Part shown: one piece after another, positions 26,501-39,718 of the stretch
Layout: each line of letters starts with the position of its first letter
Numbering within the stretch: position 1 is the stretch's first letter
Assembly: GCF_021869535.1 (NCBI RefSeq)
Contig: NW_026262745.1
Location: 63,178,001-63,242,000, forward strand
Direction of reading: 5' to 3'
Source of the DNA: Mytilus californianus
Lineage: Eukaryota
DNA length: 64,000 nucleotides
Translations under genes and position numbers: made by a program
The notes under the pieces: generated by a model
Databases searched by the model: none
Seen by the model: the letters and a program-made list of their open reading frames with translations, nothing else
What the model was told of the DNA's origin: nothing

Positions 26501-29500
26501 GCTGAAGACAGGTAAATTTTCAGATATGTTTTAATCAATGAATCGTTAGAATTTGTTGGACTCGACACGAATACTAATCTACACTACTACTATAGTAGAT
26601 TGTGTCATAATATTTCTGGAACTCCTCTTTAACGCTTATCAAAATAGAAATAAATACTTCAGAAAGGAACTGCTCAATTTGATATGTATTTTAGAGTCGA
26701 CGTTTTCAATAGGACTAGACTATGTTTTAATACATCCTACCAAGCTAGAAATGAAAGCATCTCAGTACAAGTTGCTGCATAATTTTTCACACCATGAGCG
26801 AAACATATCCTCACATATAGATTGTACGTCATTTATCATAGCGTACGTCCCTGTGCATTTCTAAATGCTGAACAGAGCAATGGGCTAGCTTAGTTGTAAA
26901 AAAGCAGTTATAAATCACTGTTTTATAAGAGCTTGTTTACAAGTTAAATTCAAATGACAATTGACGAATTAACAAATTGAATAAGTATTGGTTGATACTA
27001 CCTGTAAAAAATGATTCACATATAAATGGTCTTTTGGCTTTACCGCATTCATCTAAGAACCAATACATGCTTCCACTTTCTACTTTCACAAAAGCGCATA
27101 AATCGTTTTTACCACTTTTCAATGAGGGTGACCAGTTTGAATACCGATATGGCGGAAAGCAGGTATTCGCCCATACAAGCTTAGTTGGTTGATTTGAATC
27201 TGGAACATGTAATCCAATCCAAAGTTCTTTAAGACTGGGATTTCTAAAAATTAGACGATCAAACCATAACATGTGTTTATGTATATATATTTCAATGAAA
27301 TGTCTAGGATTATTTTGGATATAATCTAGGATTTCTTTCCCGATGTCCATAAAATAAGAATGCATGGTCAACGTCACTGTTCAACATTTAAGCCATATGT
27401 TGACAAACATTATATATTCAACTTTAAATATATAATTAGAATCATATGAAGAAAAGTAAAAGTTCATGCTATGTCGTTTTTATTTTCTTAATATATGAAA
27501 AAAAAAAAGAAATGGATGAGACAACTAACCACCATAGTTTAAATAAATTGGAAGTATCAATTATAAGTCACCGCATATATATTTTTTTTCGTTGGCATGT
27601 CTTATACAATATGATGTTTTACCGTAAATATTTCAAATGATTTTAACATAAATTCCACAATTTTCAGGAAAATTAACTTTTGACAGGGTGTCCCTATCCT
27701 CTTCAGTCACTTTTTGTTTGTCCTTCCCTTTTTTGTTAATAGAATGGGGCAAACTAAACATAACATGAAACCCAACGTTATAAAGGCAAATACATAATAC
27801 CCTCGGTAAGCATCAAATAAATAATGCACTGAGTATAATATCATGCAGTGGACACGACATAAAAAAACTGTTCCATGTTTACACAATGTTTGCTTATAGT
27901 GAACTTAAAGAATTTCCGAGCGGCTTTATGCTAAAGGACTTGTTGTTTTTTGTTTGGGTGCGGTTTTACCTTATCTGTTTCACCAATCTGTTAATCAAAG
28001 GAGAAAATACATTTTAAATCATGACATGATCATGTGAGCATTTATATTGAGCTGCATTATGGAAATGCAATAGGTAAACGTAAAAATATTTGTATAGGCA
28101 GCTGAATTTAAACGTGTGTATTTTTAACTAGATCAAGTACTACTTGAGTTTGAGTAGATGTAAGAGATGTTTACTGAAATGTGAATTTCATTTTCATTGG
28201 TAAAACAATTACTTAAACAAAACACATCTGTTTGCTGTTCACGCTTAGCATACAATTATGGGCATTTGCTGTGCATTAAAGGGTTGTGTGGTATAAATCA
28301 AAATGATAACCCTAAATCCCAAATAATTTTTAGAAATTTTTAGAGTTCGTCCTTTATTGGTGTACCGTAATATACTCTGTTTGTATATTCCGTCAAGAAG
28401 AATTTTGCTTATTAAAATAGGTGATTTTGAACATTTATATTAATGCATTTATGACTGTTGAGAAACGAATATCTGCTAAATGTTGTGAAGAAGCTGTTAC
28501 AGGTACATTTGTAGAAAAGGCAACACCCATGTTAGGCAATGTTGACCTTAAAAGAATTTGGTTATTCCATTCGGGTCTCTTTTGATCATATACCCCCTCA
28601 GATATTCCAGTACTTAAACATCCTTTGTCATCATCATTGGTATGTTTTTGGCGTTCCTGATGAAGTAAATTCAGAAAAGTGTTTTAGACGCTCGCAGTGT
28701 TATATTCCCCCCTGTAGTTTGAACCTCTCTCTCTTTCTGTACAAAATGTTGTAAATCGAACGTAATCTATGTAAGATTAATTGTTTTTGACACAAAACTA
28801 ATTCTCGAGTTTTGAAGTAGGTTGAAATTAGACCCCATATTTTTTTAATACAGGAAATACAAAAACAGTTTGTTTTTTCTATCAAAGTGGGGTATGCTTT
28901 ATTCGGTAGATAGACCAACATAAGCTAAACAATTAAATCTATTAGTATAAATATAAAACACATTCTATTGTAACCATCTTCTCACTGAAAAAAGCCAAAT
29001 AGACGTTTAAATACTTTGAGTCAACAGAAGTAAAATGTTTATCAAACTTACTGATGGTTAGCACGTGAAGCAACTGAGCTCTTAAAAGGCGGTCGGTTTG
29101 TCGAATGTTATAAAATCCCCACCACAATAGCAATAACACTGGGTAGGGGCAGACGGCAGACAACACTAACTTTATTATAAGCATATCAGAAAGGGGCAAG
29201 AATTATATATTACAAAATAAATTATTGAGTACACGGAAAACAGAAAATCTGGAAAAAGGTCATACGCAACTGCATATTTCTTTCCGTTTACAAATCTAGT
29301 ATCAACATGATAAATGTGCGTGATGTCAAAGAAGTTTGATATTTTGAGGCTGAGATAATTTGGTATTTAACAGTGCTAACAAAATAAATTTTCAAATAAA
29401 CGCAAAAAAGGTTTTTGCCAGTAGCAGAACACATATTAACGCGAGATACTTGTATAATCTATACTATACCAGCTTCAGTTTGAATTCCATTCTGAAAACA

Positions 29501-32500
29501 CGGGAAATTGTTCATTGGTTTTCCATATAAAACGTATTAAAATTGTCACTTATAAAACATGTAGTTTGAAACACAGTTACAATACGCTTTCCAAAAAATC
29601 GAGATATCGTAAATTTCTTTTCTACCAGCGCCCTAACACTACCTTAAACTAAAAAAAAACCACATAGATTTTGAAATTCAAATATGTTTACTTTTCAAAT
29701 ATAGCTTCCTGTAAATAACGTTCTTTTGCTTGTCTACCAATTGTCACTAAATTTTGTCCTTTACTCGTACAGTATTTGTTAGCATCATTCCAAGTCAATG
29801 GTTCGATGTATAATGTTGTGGCCGCTGAAATCAGTGCATAATGATCTGGAAAAGCAAACATCATATCACAATTTTGGCCCTTTTTAGATCAAATTATATA
29901 CTACCTCTTTAACATTCGTATCAAATTTACAAACATTTGTTTCCTATGGCATCATTACAGAAACATAAATTGCCGAAATGCATCGATACCATTGAATGTT
30001 TTTTCGTTTTCAATTGATACTTAAACTTCCTGAACGTCCCTAAAACTTTGAAACGGAACCTTTGGAATTATAAATTCAATGTAAGTATCAACCATCTATC
30101 AAGGAAATCGTGATAGGAAACAAAAAATCTCTAAAATGCCTGCTTGAATGTTACAACATATCAATGGAAAATTTCACCATTGAAAAATTGGATCATATCT
30201 TTTTTGTAAAGTTTGTGTTCAGCCTTTCCGCACTGTCAATGTTTAGATGACAAAAAAGAGACAGACTGATCAGTATCAGTGATATCCTTTATTTCAAATT
30301 AAGGAAATAGATGCGTTCAACATAGTCATCAAGCCATGAATTGCTTTATCATCTTTATAGTGAAGCTTGAAGTTAAAGGAAAATGCTAGGTTCTTTTCTT
30401 TCTTCTTGAGAAGCTCCATTATGAAGTCTGTTTTATATCCTGTATCAAGTTTGCGTCATACGAATAAAGGAAGTTGTCAAGAAGAGTCCCAAAAGAATGC
30501 CAATTGTCTGTTGAAGAACATGAAGAACACGTCATCCAACGTAATGAATATGTTGTCAACTTAAATAATCCAGCAATTTTATGATGATAACTACATGGAT
30601 GTTTTTCTTTTGAATATGATTAATCCCTTCCTAAATTAAAATAATTGCAATCGACATAAGATGATATTGTTTTAAAGGAACAAAGATATATTTCACTTTA
30701 AAGGTCAAGCAGCAAATTTTCCACACCGAATGTAAACTATAATGAATTTCGAAAGAAACAAGTTTTTTTCAAGTTTCATCAAGGCCTACCTTTCAATGGT
30801 ATCATAATCGACACTGCAAATATCTTCATTACTGTAAAACAAAGATGTAAGTAATCAATAAATCATTCTTACCGCAGCGAAATTGTTGCCATATACTTTC
30901 CACAACTCATGTATTGTGACATGGTCAACCATTTTTGAAAAAAAAAACAAAAACAATATTTTAAGTTTGTATGTGCTCGGTAACAATCAAGTTTTCATCA
31001 AATAAATTCGTATTTGTCAATACGGTATAAACCATTAAAGGCACTCGGCAAAGTTCGACGAAATCTACACAAGGGCAATTATGATATTGATTTCACCAAA
31101 TAGTATAGTAACATATCGTTTCATACATAACAAACGTTGTGTTTTGAACCAAGTTGTCTATGCTAGGGAAAACAGATAAACAAAAATAGTTGTTCCTAAT
31201 ACAATGTAATATCTTTCTTTTTGTCTTAAATTTCTTTTAAAATAGTAATAATCATTATTTTTTTCCGCAACAAATGTGTCTCCTATTTTGGAGGATTGCC
31301 ATCATTTGCTGTTACGGTTTTTTGTAGGCTAATCTTATTATATTAGCTTTTATGTACCTTTGTTATTCAACTTACCGAGATAAAAAGGCAGTTTGGAGGC
31401 TTTTTTTAATTATCACTACCGGTTCAGGTAAATAAACAGTAAAATGAGGAAATATGGAATTATTTCAATTTGGGTAAGCTATCCACTACAAGACTAAAAA
31501 ACAGGATGTTAACAAATAAAGTTCATGTATGTCGTTTAACTTTAAAACAACCGATACCTTATCGTAAGCTATAAAGAAAACACCGAATAACATAATGTGA
31601 TCTAGAATATAGCCTATTGACGAGTTTAACATGTTTTCAGTGCTCACAACTCATCTTATATAGGACATTGATGTGTCAGATATCGGTAGATGTACAAGGA
31701 AAACTGAAAAAATCATTTGGACTTGAATGACCCATCAAAATTATTCAATGCATAAACGAAAGGAGGACAAAAACATGAGTTACCGATCGAGGAGTACTCG
31801 CAGTAATTGAAAGGTAATTCAAATCAAATTTTCACTATTAAATGTGTTTCTCATTATGGAACTTAGTATTGATGATATATTGTTTGATTGTATTTGTTAA
31901 ATCTTTATGCACGTAGATTTTAACGTTTTTAATATAGAGGCGAAAGATACCAAAATACAATAACTCATAAGTCGAGAATAAAATGACATCGCCATTCCAA
32001 AAAAAAAGAAGAAAAAAGACTCAAAGACAATCTACAGCATACAAAACCCAACATAGAAAACTAAAGACTGAGCAAAACGAACCAAACCAAAAACCGGGTC
32101 TGATCTCAGGTGCTTGAAGGTGTAAGCAGATCCTGCTCCACATGCGACACCCGTCGTGTTACTCCCATATAATGCGCTGATCAGTTATTCAAAGTGATTA
32201 GGCATCACACAATAGCGGATTGGTAATTGACTGTTATCTTACCCTTAGACATCAGAACATTAATTAATAATCGGTCAAATAAATGTTCTTACCCTTAAAC
32301 TTGACAAAATACGAAAATTTGAAAGAGAAACACGTTTTTCGTGACAAAAGAAAGAGGCGACTGTTAACGGTATAAACAACACAGACATTAAAAAAATAAA
32401 AGGCACAAAGAACAACACTGAAACTAACTTGTAACTTATATCATTATACCATTGATTATTGGAGATCGTATGTTGACCTACACGTACCGTTTTTTCTTTA

Positions 32501-33985
32501 TTATATTTTTCGCGTCAGTTTCTCTATGTTTCGATTACTGTCTCATTGACATATTCCTATATCTCCTTTATTTCATGTACTAAAGTTTAAAATGAAAAAA
32601 TGTATATTACCACGAGCAACACGACGGATGCTTCTAGTAAAGCATGATCTGCTATCCTCCGGGGCACATGAGATCACCGTTTTATTCGGTTGAGGTTCGT
32701 GTTAGCCATTCTTTAGTTTTGTATGTAGCGTTTTGTGAACTTTGTGTCTTTTGGTCGTCTTTCGTTTTTTACAAATGGCGTTGTCAATTTATCTCGATTA
32801 ATGATTTTTGAATATCCCCTTTGTGTCTCACGCTTATTTTTTCTTTGTACATGCTGTCTTTCATTATCATTTTGACAATAGCTTAATTTTGAAGAATTTG
32901 ATTGGATTTTCGTTATTAAATTATTTGATTTTCGTTATTGAATAACGAAAACAATAAGATGAATATGTGATTGTATAGTTAATTAACTCTAAGGAAGAAT
33001 TTGGCAGGAAAAAATTTAAGTATCAGTTCATAATGCCAGTTTCTATATATTAAATTTCAGTTTAGCTTTTTGAAACAGATTAACATTAAAATTGATAAGG
33101 AAATAACTAGTTAGACAGTTCTGATTCAAAATTTAATCTTGTTATCTATGATGTGTTTATTTTTAATACATGTAATAGACAGTCTAAAATTTAGTAAACT
33201 TAGAAGGAAATATTATCATAATTATGTTAAGAGCTTTACTAACTCTTGCTTTTTAACATTAAACCAACAAAAATGTTTTAATCTAATATCTGAAGCAGTA
33301 TTGCTAATTTTTGTTTTTTAAATGTGTTAGGGACACGTGCTTTGTCATTGGAAACACTACGGTAGTTTTATTTTTGGAGGAAGAATAACATTAACGGTTA
33401 CTGCCCCAGATGTGTATATCGACAATAAATGTCTCTTCAGTAATGCTCGAGGCAAAATATTTGAAGATTCAAACTTATCAAAAAAGTAAACTGTACTTCC
33501 CGAGCAGCTGTTAACCCTTCGTCTGTGGTTGGGTTCATGCTGGTAAATATTTATTTCTGCACAGAGTTTTGTTGTCTGTTCTATTCGTTTAGACACGGTA
33601 CGGTGTTGGCTGTCTTTTTTTACTAATGACTTTGATCGCACCTTCCGTTTTTTCTCACCTTGTGTATATATAAACTCAAAATCTTTTCACACAACTATTT
33701 GAAAGAGCCAGTTAGTCCTAACATAATTCATGAAACTTCAATATACTTTAACTAATTTTTACATATCGAATAGTTTTTATTTTAACCTAAGATTCGTACA
33801 ATTATAATACAAACTAAAAGGTATCTTAAGCGGTTAGGACTTGTTTTCTTTTGTTTCCCCTTTCAATTCAACTGTTAAAGCTTTATACTTTATTCTAATA
33901 TGTAATAAATTATGTTATTTATTCTTTCGTTAGTTCAAAACAAAATTCTCCGTATTCTAATATGAACCTTACCTATCTTAAACAT
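20517..33985 (-). CDS. Paralogue C: intact CTLD-PAN-mucin-TM type-I membrane protein, 485 aa
   Basis: Exons 33973-33985, 30790-30831, 29692-29845, 27002-27243, 23444-23719, 21764-22183, 20517-20827. All GT-AG, same phases as B, 1458 nt open. N-terminus MFKIVMKIFAVSIMIPLKDHYALISA; longer stalk; tail extended by QNVQNENGN. Confidence 0.9.
22307..22708 (-). mobile_element. Well-preserved Naiad-like 3' fragment
   Basis: High identity to 60116-60515. Confidence 0.85.
23870..24680 (-). mobile_element. Decayed H1 retrozyme-like array, about 2.3 units with 347-nt spacing, in C intron 4
   Basis: Hammerhead relics at 24153-24193 and 24500-24530; unit body aligns with 19225-19530. A further partial unit lies at 36803-37010. 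Confidence 0.7.
25056..26225 (-). mobile_element. Naiad-like fragments (3'UTR 25056-25282; RT relic plus 3'UTR 25555-26225)
   Basis: FRYIDDVLSLN and HLEIDNEGRL relics (ORF 25992-26222); 3'UTR match. Confidence 0.8.
29990..30600 (-). mobile_element. Decayed Naiad-like RT fragment in C intron 2
   Basis: Collinear with 60530-61100. Confidence 0.65.
31935..32840. mobile_element. Two oppositely oriented Naiad-like 3'UTR fragments (31935-32162 minus; 32610-32840 plus)
   Basis: Match to the 3'UTR consensus. Confidence 0.7.
33404..33470 (-). ncRNA. H3 hammerhead relic (CUGAAGA core)
   Basis: CAUUA-CUGAAGA-GACA-uuuau-UGUC-GAUA-UACACA-UC-UGGGG. Other H3 copies at 105-148 (-), 50040-50083 (-) and 10141-10181 (+). 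Confidence 0.65.
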
Positions 33986-36900
33986 CTTCATTCCCTTAAT
34001 ATTTAACAAAACATAGCAAAAAATACGTTTGAAATTTTATTTACAAAGAAGGGCATAATGCAAATAAAAATATTAACAAAAACATCATTCATATTCATAT
34101 TTATATCAGCATGGTTTTTTGTGACTTTATATATATGTTAGATTAAATATTGTTATTATACTTATATCAATAAGTTAAACAAATAAGGCTATTTCCGTGC
34201 TTTATTACTTGTTAAGTTTATTGAGAATAAACTTATTACAAAAATGTATAGCTTTTTCTTAAACAAATGTATTAGGTTAAGTACCTTATTTTTTTCGAAA
34301 TTGAAAGACATATTGATTCTGATATTTAAAGTTACGGTGAAATAGATTGAAAAAAAAATTAAAAAAACTACTCTTGTTTGTATGATATTATTAAAGACAG
34401 TCATATGTTCATTTCAGCTATATGTATATGAGACTGCAGGTCAAAATTTTTATCTAAAGTTGTTTTTATTTAAGGATTATAACCCATTGTGGCTACTATA
34501 AATTATTGTAACTTAACACCTGCTGTTGGACTACTTGCTCCAAAGTTATCATAAGCTTAGTAATCATTTGCTTCGGTACTGATATGATTAAGGTTTTCTT
34601 AAATTTAGAAATTATTTCGAATGAAATATTTGAACTCCGTGAGGCAAAGACAACCTTAGATGTATTCGGCCATTTCCCTTTAGGCTACCGAAATATGCTT
34701 ATACGCCATTTGCATCTACATTCTTAAGATTGGTCTTCCTTTGTGAAGGCGACTAGAGAAAACAGGCTTTGATATACAGCATCTCTTGAAAAAAGTTCTT
34801 ACAGTATTGTTGACATTTCGACAGTGAGACAGAAAAACGTAAATGTTCACTGTTCTTTCAAAAGGATTAAAGTTTTACATGTTTTACAATGCATGTAATA
34901 CTGTTTCAACCTAACCTTGACAACTATATACATATACCTCAGGAAATTACTCAAAAGGGTTTTGCTTAAGGTAAAAATACTTTTTTAACATTTCTTAATA
35001 TGCAGGTGCTTATCTACAGAAAGGAACCTAGACATCGGTCTTCTTTAGTAACATCTTCAAAGTTGATGATTTTGTCCGTTAGAGGATTTTGTGCTGAGGG
35101 CAGGTATTTGAGAGTATCTATTGGAATTATTTACAAAATCTAAATCTATATAAAAATAAAAAGATATAGTATGATTGCCAATGGGACAACTATCCACCAG
35201 AGTTTAAATGAAGTGGATGTTAGCAGTTATAGTCTAGCGTTCTGAATTCAACAATGAGAAAATCTCATATCGTGTAGTAGGCTATGAAAGGTTCTGACGT
35301 GAATAATGTAAAACAAGTCAAACGAGAAAACTAACGTCATAATCTATAACAAACAATTCATGAATCACAAATATGACAGAAATACATGTTTCTCATACAA
35401 GGTATAATAACAAAAAATAATATATATAGGTATCTTCGTATATATAGAAGCAATGATTATACTTGTGAACTCGAATGACGATGATATAATTTTGCATATG
35501 TATTAATGATAATAAATTTATTCGTAAACAATACAGCTCATAGAATATATACAATTAACAAATATTCCCAGCATCATAGCATAAGCGTCCAGCTAATAAT
35601 TGTCAAATCACAATGGCAGAGAATTATACAATGCAGTCAACAATTACTGAATTTTTCAGTAAGATATAGATATTTTCCTAAATTGTTCAATTCTTTTATA
35701 TAATGGACACATGATATTTGTACAAGTCTGAAAATAGGATGTTCTTCTCCAATAATATGTTTTGATATACATTATTCTTTTTTAGCACATTTTTCTCAAA
35801 CTAAAATAAAATGATACTCGTCTTCAATTAAATGTTTGGCACAATCGACATTAACGCATATTTTGATCAATAATATATACCGATTTCTACAGTCAAGCTT
35901 TGAGATGATAAGCGATATTTGCAAATGAACGATTTGTACATATAATTCATACTACGATCCAAAAAAAATTGCAACTCATGACCATATGGTTCATAAAGAA
36001 ATCTTTAATTTCCGTTTTCACAAGTTTATAACACCTATCAAATTGATTTTTTTTACGGTTTCTTCCACAAACAAAAAATTGACTGCCACAAAATAACCAA
36101 TAGTGCTGGAATTGGCTTTAAACAAAACGTTTTTTTTTTGTTTTCGTTATGCGCATGCATAAAAAACTTTTTCAGTAAATCTCAATAAATTAGAAAAAAC
36201 AACATCTCAATGTAAACAAAACAGGTATTTATAATGGTTTTTACGATCTAGACGTGTACTTAATAATAATAAAAAAAACTTAAGTCTTGTCAGACACATT
36301 TTACATGCATTCATTCGATATGACTGGTGCAACTAGACGGTCTGAAATGCATTCACCATCCGGAGCACATTCCTTTGTTCGGATTCGTGATGCTCAATCT
36401 AATAAATAGGTTTTCGGTGTATTGTATTGTTGTTAATGTTTGTCTTTTGTCGTTTTAGTATTGCTCATAAAGTTGCCTTTTTGTATTACACTTGATATCT
36501 CCTTTCCCTATTTATATGACTTGTGTGTGAGATAAACCACTTTCAGTATCTTTCAAACCTACTTCATATGAAATAAAATTGGACTTATTTCATTCACACG
36601 ATTAACGAAACACATGAACTCTGAAGAATCAAAGAGAATAAAAAATTCACATTGAATAACAACATCGAAACTTATCCATCAAGTGAAAAGTGGTCATATT
36701 CTACTTATGTCGTTTATGACAATTTTGATTAAATGTCGCAAATTTTATCTGTTTTTTACATTTTGAAAACAGTCAAACAAAATGTGCAAATTGTATATGC
36801 TTTTCTACAAAAGACTCATCAGTGACGCACGAATCAAAATTTTAAAAGACTAAATAAAATACGATGTTTAAGAGCATTGAGTACCCAAAAAATCCAAAAA

Positions 36901-37211
36901 AAGTATTGCCAAATACAGCTAAGGTAATCTAATCATGGAGTATAAAAACCTTAGTATTCGAAAAATTCTTTAAGTTTTGTAAACAGTTAGTTTATAATTA
37001 TAATTCAACTATATCAAAACCATATGATCATAACCGAGCTTTGTGGTATAGGTGAACACCAGACTAACCATATTTCCTTGTTTGAATAGTTGGTCATAAC
37101 CGAACCGTTGTGACTTGGGACCAAAAAACATACATGATATACAAGAACTATCCACCAAACGCCAAAGGACTGAATGATGAGGAAAAACCCGTATAGTAAG
37201 CTAAACCCTCC

Positions 37212-37392
37212 TAAGCACCTGCGATCACCCCCGGTTTTTGGTGGTGTTCGTGTTGCTTAGTCTTTAATTTTCTATGTTGTGTTTTGTGTACTGTTGTCAG
37301 CCTTTTTGTCATTTTTTCTTTTTCTGCTATGGCGTTGTCAGTTAAGTTTCGAATTATGAGTTTGAATGTACCTTTGGTATTTTTTGCCTTTC
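37212..37392 (+). mobile_element. Naiad-like 3'UTR fragment
   Basis: Match to the reverse complement of 60116-60300. Confidence 0.75.
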
Positions 37393-37465
37393 TAAAGAAG
37401 GCCGGGCATGACAAAGCGTGAAAATCTTCGAATGATAAAACCAACGGTCTTATAATTTTAGTATA

Positions 37466-37790
37466 AATGAAGGCAACAGTAGTATACCGCTGTTCAATAG
37501 TCATAATTCGATTAAGCAAAAACAAATCCTGGTGACAAACTAAAACCGAGTGAAACAAATCAATTATAAGAGGAAAATAACGGAACACTAGAAACTACAA
37601 CAAAAGCAAACGCCAATGTACATAGAAACGGACTGTATATAACAACTGTTTTATTCCTGACTTGATACAGGACTTTAAAGAAAAAATGGTGGGTTGATCC
37701 TGGTTTTAGGGCTAGCCAAACCTCCCGCGTATATGGTAATGTTCAAAATACCGCTAAAATGACAACACTACGTGACAGGAATAAAGTACA
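37466..37790 (-). mobile_element. Z-related repeat with a twister relic (37645-37735)
   Basis: GCGG-GA-GGU ... CAA-CCC-ACC ... CCUG-UAUCAAGU-CAGG. The same body starts again at 57385-57470. Confidence 0.6.
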
Positions 37791-38134
37791 AACAAACGAA
37801 AGAACACTCAGCACAAACCGCAGAATAACAACGGACACCTCCCATGAATTAACGACAGAACACCAGGACACCACAAACAAAATATAAACTGCGCGTCACA
37901 TGAATGAATCAACGTCACAAAAATTGACGTATTTTTAAGACGTTTATATTATCAGAGGTAATAATGATAAAAATTATAGAATTATAAACATAACAACGAC
38001 CTTATTCTCTATTCTATTCAGTAGTTCGTACATGAACTGTCTGAAGATTTCTATACACGTCACTCCTTTCTTTGAGAGATCAATTCCCCTTGACCTACAT
38101 CATATTTGAAACATATTTCTCTATATTTAAAAAA

Positions 38135-39070
38135 AAAGAAGATGTGGTATGATTGCCAATGAGACAACTCTCCACAAGAGATGAAATGACACAGAAACTT
38201 AAAACTATAGATCACCGTACGGCAATCAACAATGAGTAAAACCAATACCGCATAGTCAGTTATAGAAGGCCCCTAAATGACAAAAGTAAAGCTATTCAAA
38301 CGAGTAAACTAACGACCTGATGTATGTACATATAAAGAACGAAAAACAAATATGATAAACAGCAACAAACAACAACCACTCAATTACAGGCTCCTGACTT
38401 GGGACAGGCACATATAGCATGTGTGTGTGGTGTGGTGGGGGGTGGGGGGGGGGGGGGAGGGGGGCTGGAGGTTAACCAGTTTGAAGGCGCCAAACCTCCT
38501 CTTACCTGGGACAGTGGTGTAACGGTACAACATAACAATAAACTATAAAAATCAGTTGAAAAGGGCTCAACTCTTCAGATGGATATAAAGTAAAAATACA
38601 TCTAACAAAAACACAGAGTGGACGTGGCAGGGTACTTATACATCCCCACAACAAAAAAGACATTAAGTACAGATCTGAGAATAATCACAGTTACTGACAA
38701 CTAGTTCAAAGCCAATAACAACTAATAAAGAAAACATGCATCTAAGACAAAAATATCAATCATTACACATCCAACATCCAATGGATTTACTGTAAAGACG
38801 TCATTAACAGTCAGAGAAAAATATGACCTTATGTAATGCAAAGATACAGGTATCGCCAGATTGTAGAGCCATGCATAAGCATATGTATATAAAGTAAATT
38901 AAGCTTAATTTTAATTTACTGATAACAAAATTAATATTAATACCAATAAAAACAATATTCAAAGATATAGTTATAGTGTTGAATTGGTAACCTTTAAGAA
39001 AAAGTTTATTTAAAGGATCGATAAGTTTACCCAGATCGTATCTAAATTTCCGGACTCGCTAACCAACATT
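38135..39070 (-). mobile_element. About 940-bp family-Y repeat with an internal twister (38387-38512) broken by a poly-G/GT expansion
   Basis: The 3' half GCCUGUCCCAAGUCAGGAGCCUG and P5 CAGGU/GCCUG are intact. Its upstream body also occurs at 14800-15225. Shorter Y copies at 18940-19085, 22830-23212, 31440-31600, 35160-35380 and 46770-46850. Confidence 0.75.
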
Positions 39071-39626
39071 TTAGTAAAGTTTTGTTTGTATATGTTTGTA
39101 GTGGTGTGCTGTTGGCTTCTAAAAACATTGTAATTTTGATATACGTTCAGTATGCAGTGTATACGTATACAGTAACGTCTCAAATTTAAATAAACGAAAC
39201 ACATGTTTTTTTCTTTTCTTAGACATTGTCATTTTGTACCAATTTAGTTTGGTCATAGCACGTAGTTGTTTGTGATGCTCCCAAGTATAGCCAACAATAT
39301 GACATTACTGAACAGCTTTACGGCATATCAGCCATTAAGGAACCTACAATTTTTCTTTGATACAGTACTGTTTTTATTGTTATGTTCTAACTTTATATCT
39401 GTAGTACTTGCTAATAGAAAAAAGCTTTTCTTGCAATTTCTATGATTCAAACTAAAATGAATGAGGGTAGAAATATCAAATAAAGATCTAGGTTAACCCG
39501 CCAACAGTTCATTTCTCACTCAGAAACCCCGTCAATGGTTGTTTTCTGTTAAATTTTAATGATTTAGTTTTCTGGGAATATTGAGTTTTACTGTGCGTAT
39601 TGCTGTGTGTTTGTTTATTCTACATT

Positions 39627-39718
39627 GGCTAGAGGTATAGGGGGAGGGTTGAGATCTCACAAAATATGTTTAACCCCGCCGCATGTTTGCGCCTGTCCCT
39701 AGTCAGGAGCCTCTGGCC
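39627..39718 (+). ncRNA. Type-P5 twister ribozyme, best-preserved copy (repeat family X, 39585-39955)
   Basis: GGCUAGAGGU-AUA-GGGG-GA-GGG-[P1]-UAA-CCCC-GCC-GCAuguuUGC-G-CCUG-UCCCUAGU-CAGG-A-GCCUCUGGCC. 10-bp P5, plus P2, P3, P4, T1 and T2 all pair; catalytic G at 39644; predicted cut 39671/39672. The only core deviation is a conserved L4 A changed to U (39700). Confidence 0.8.

Noticed and set aside
26937-27377. 146-aa ORF as a single exon
   Set aside because: Only 27002-27243 is homologous to B and D and bounded by AG/GT; the rest is intronic read-through.
30832-30872. Possible 41-nt GTAAG..TTACAG micro-intron
   Set aside because: It is very short and the donor is not conserved in A, B or D.
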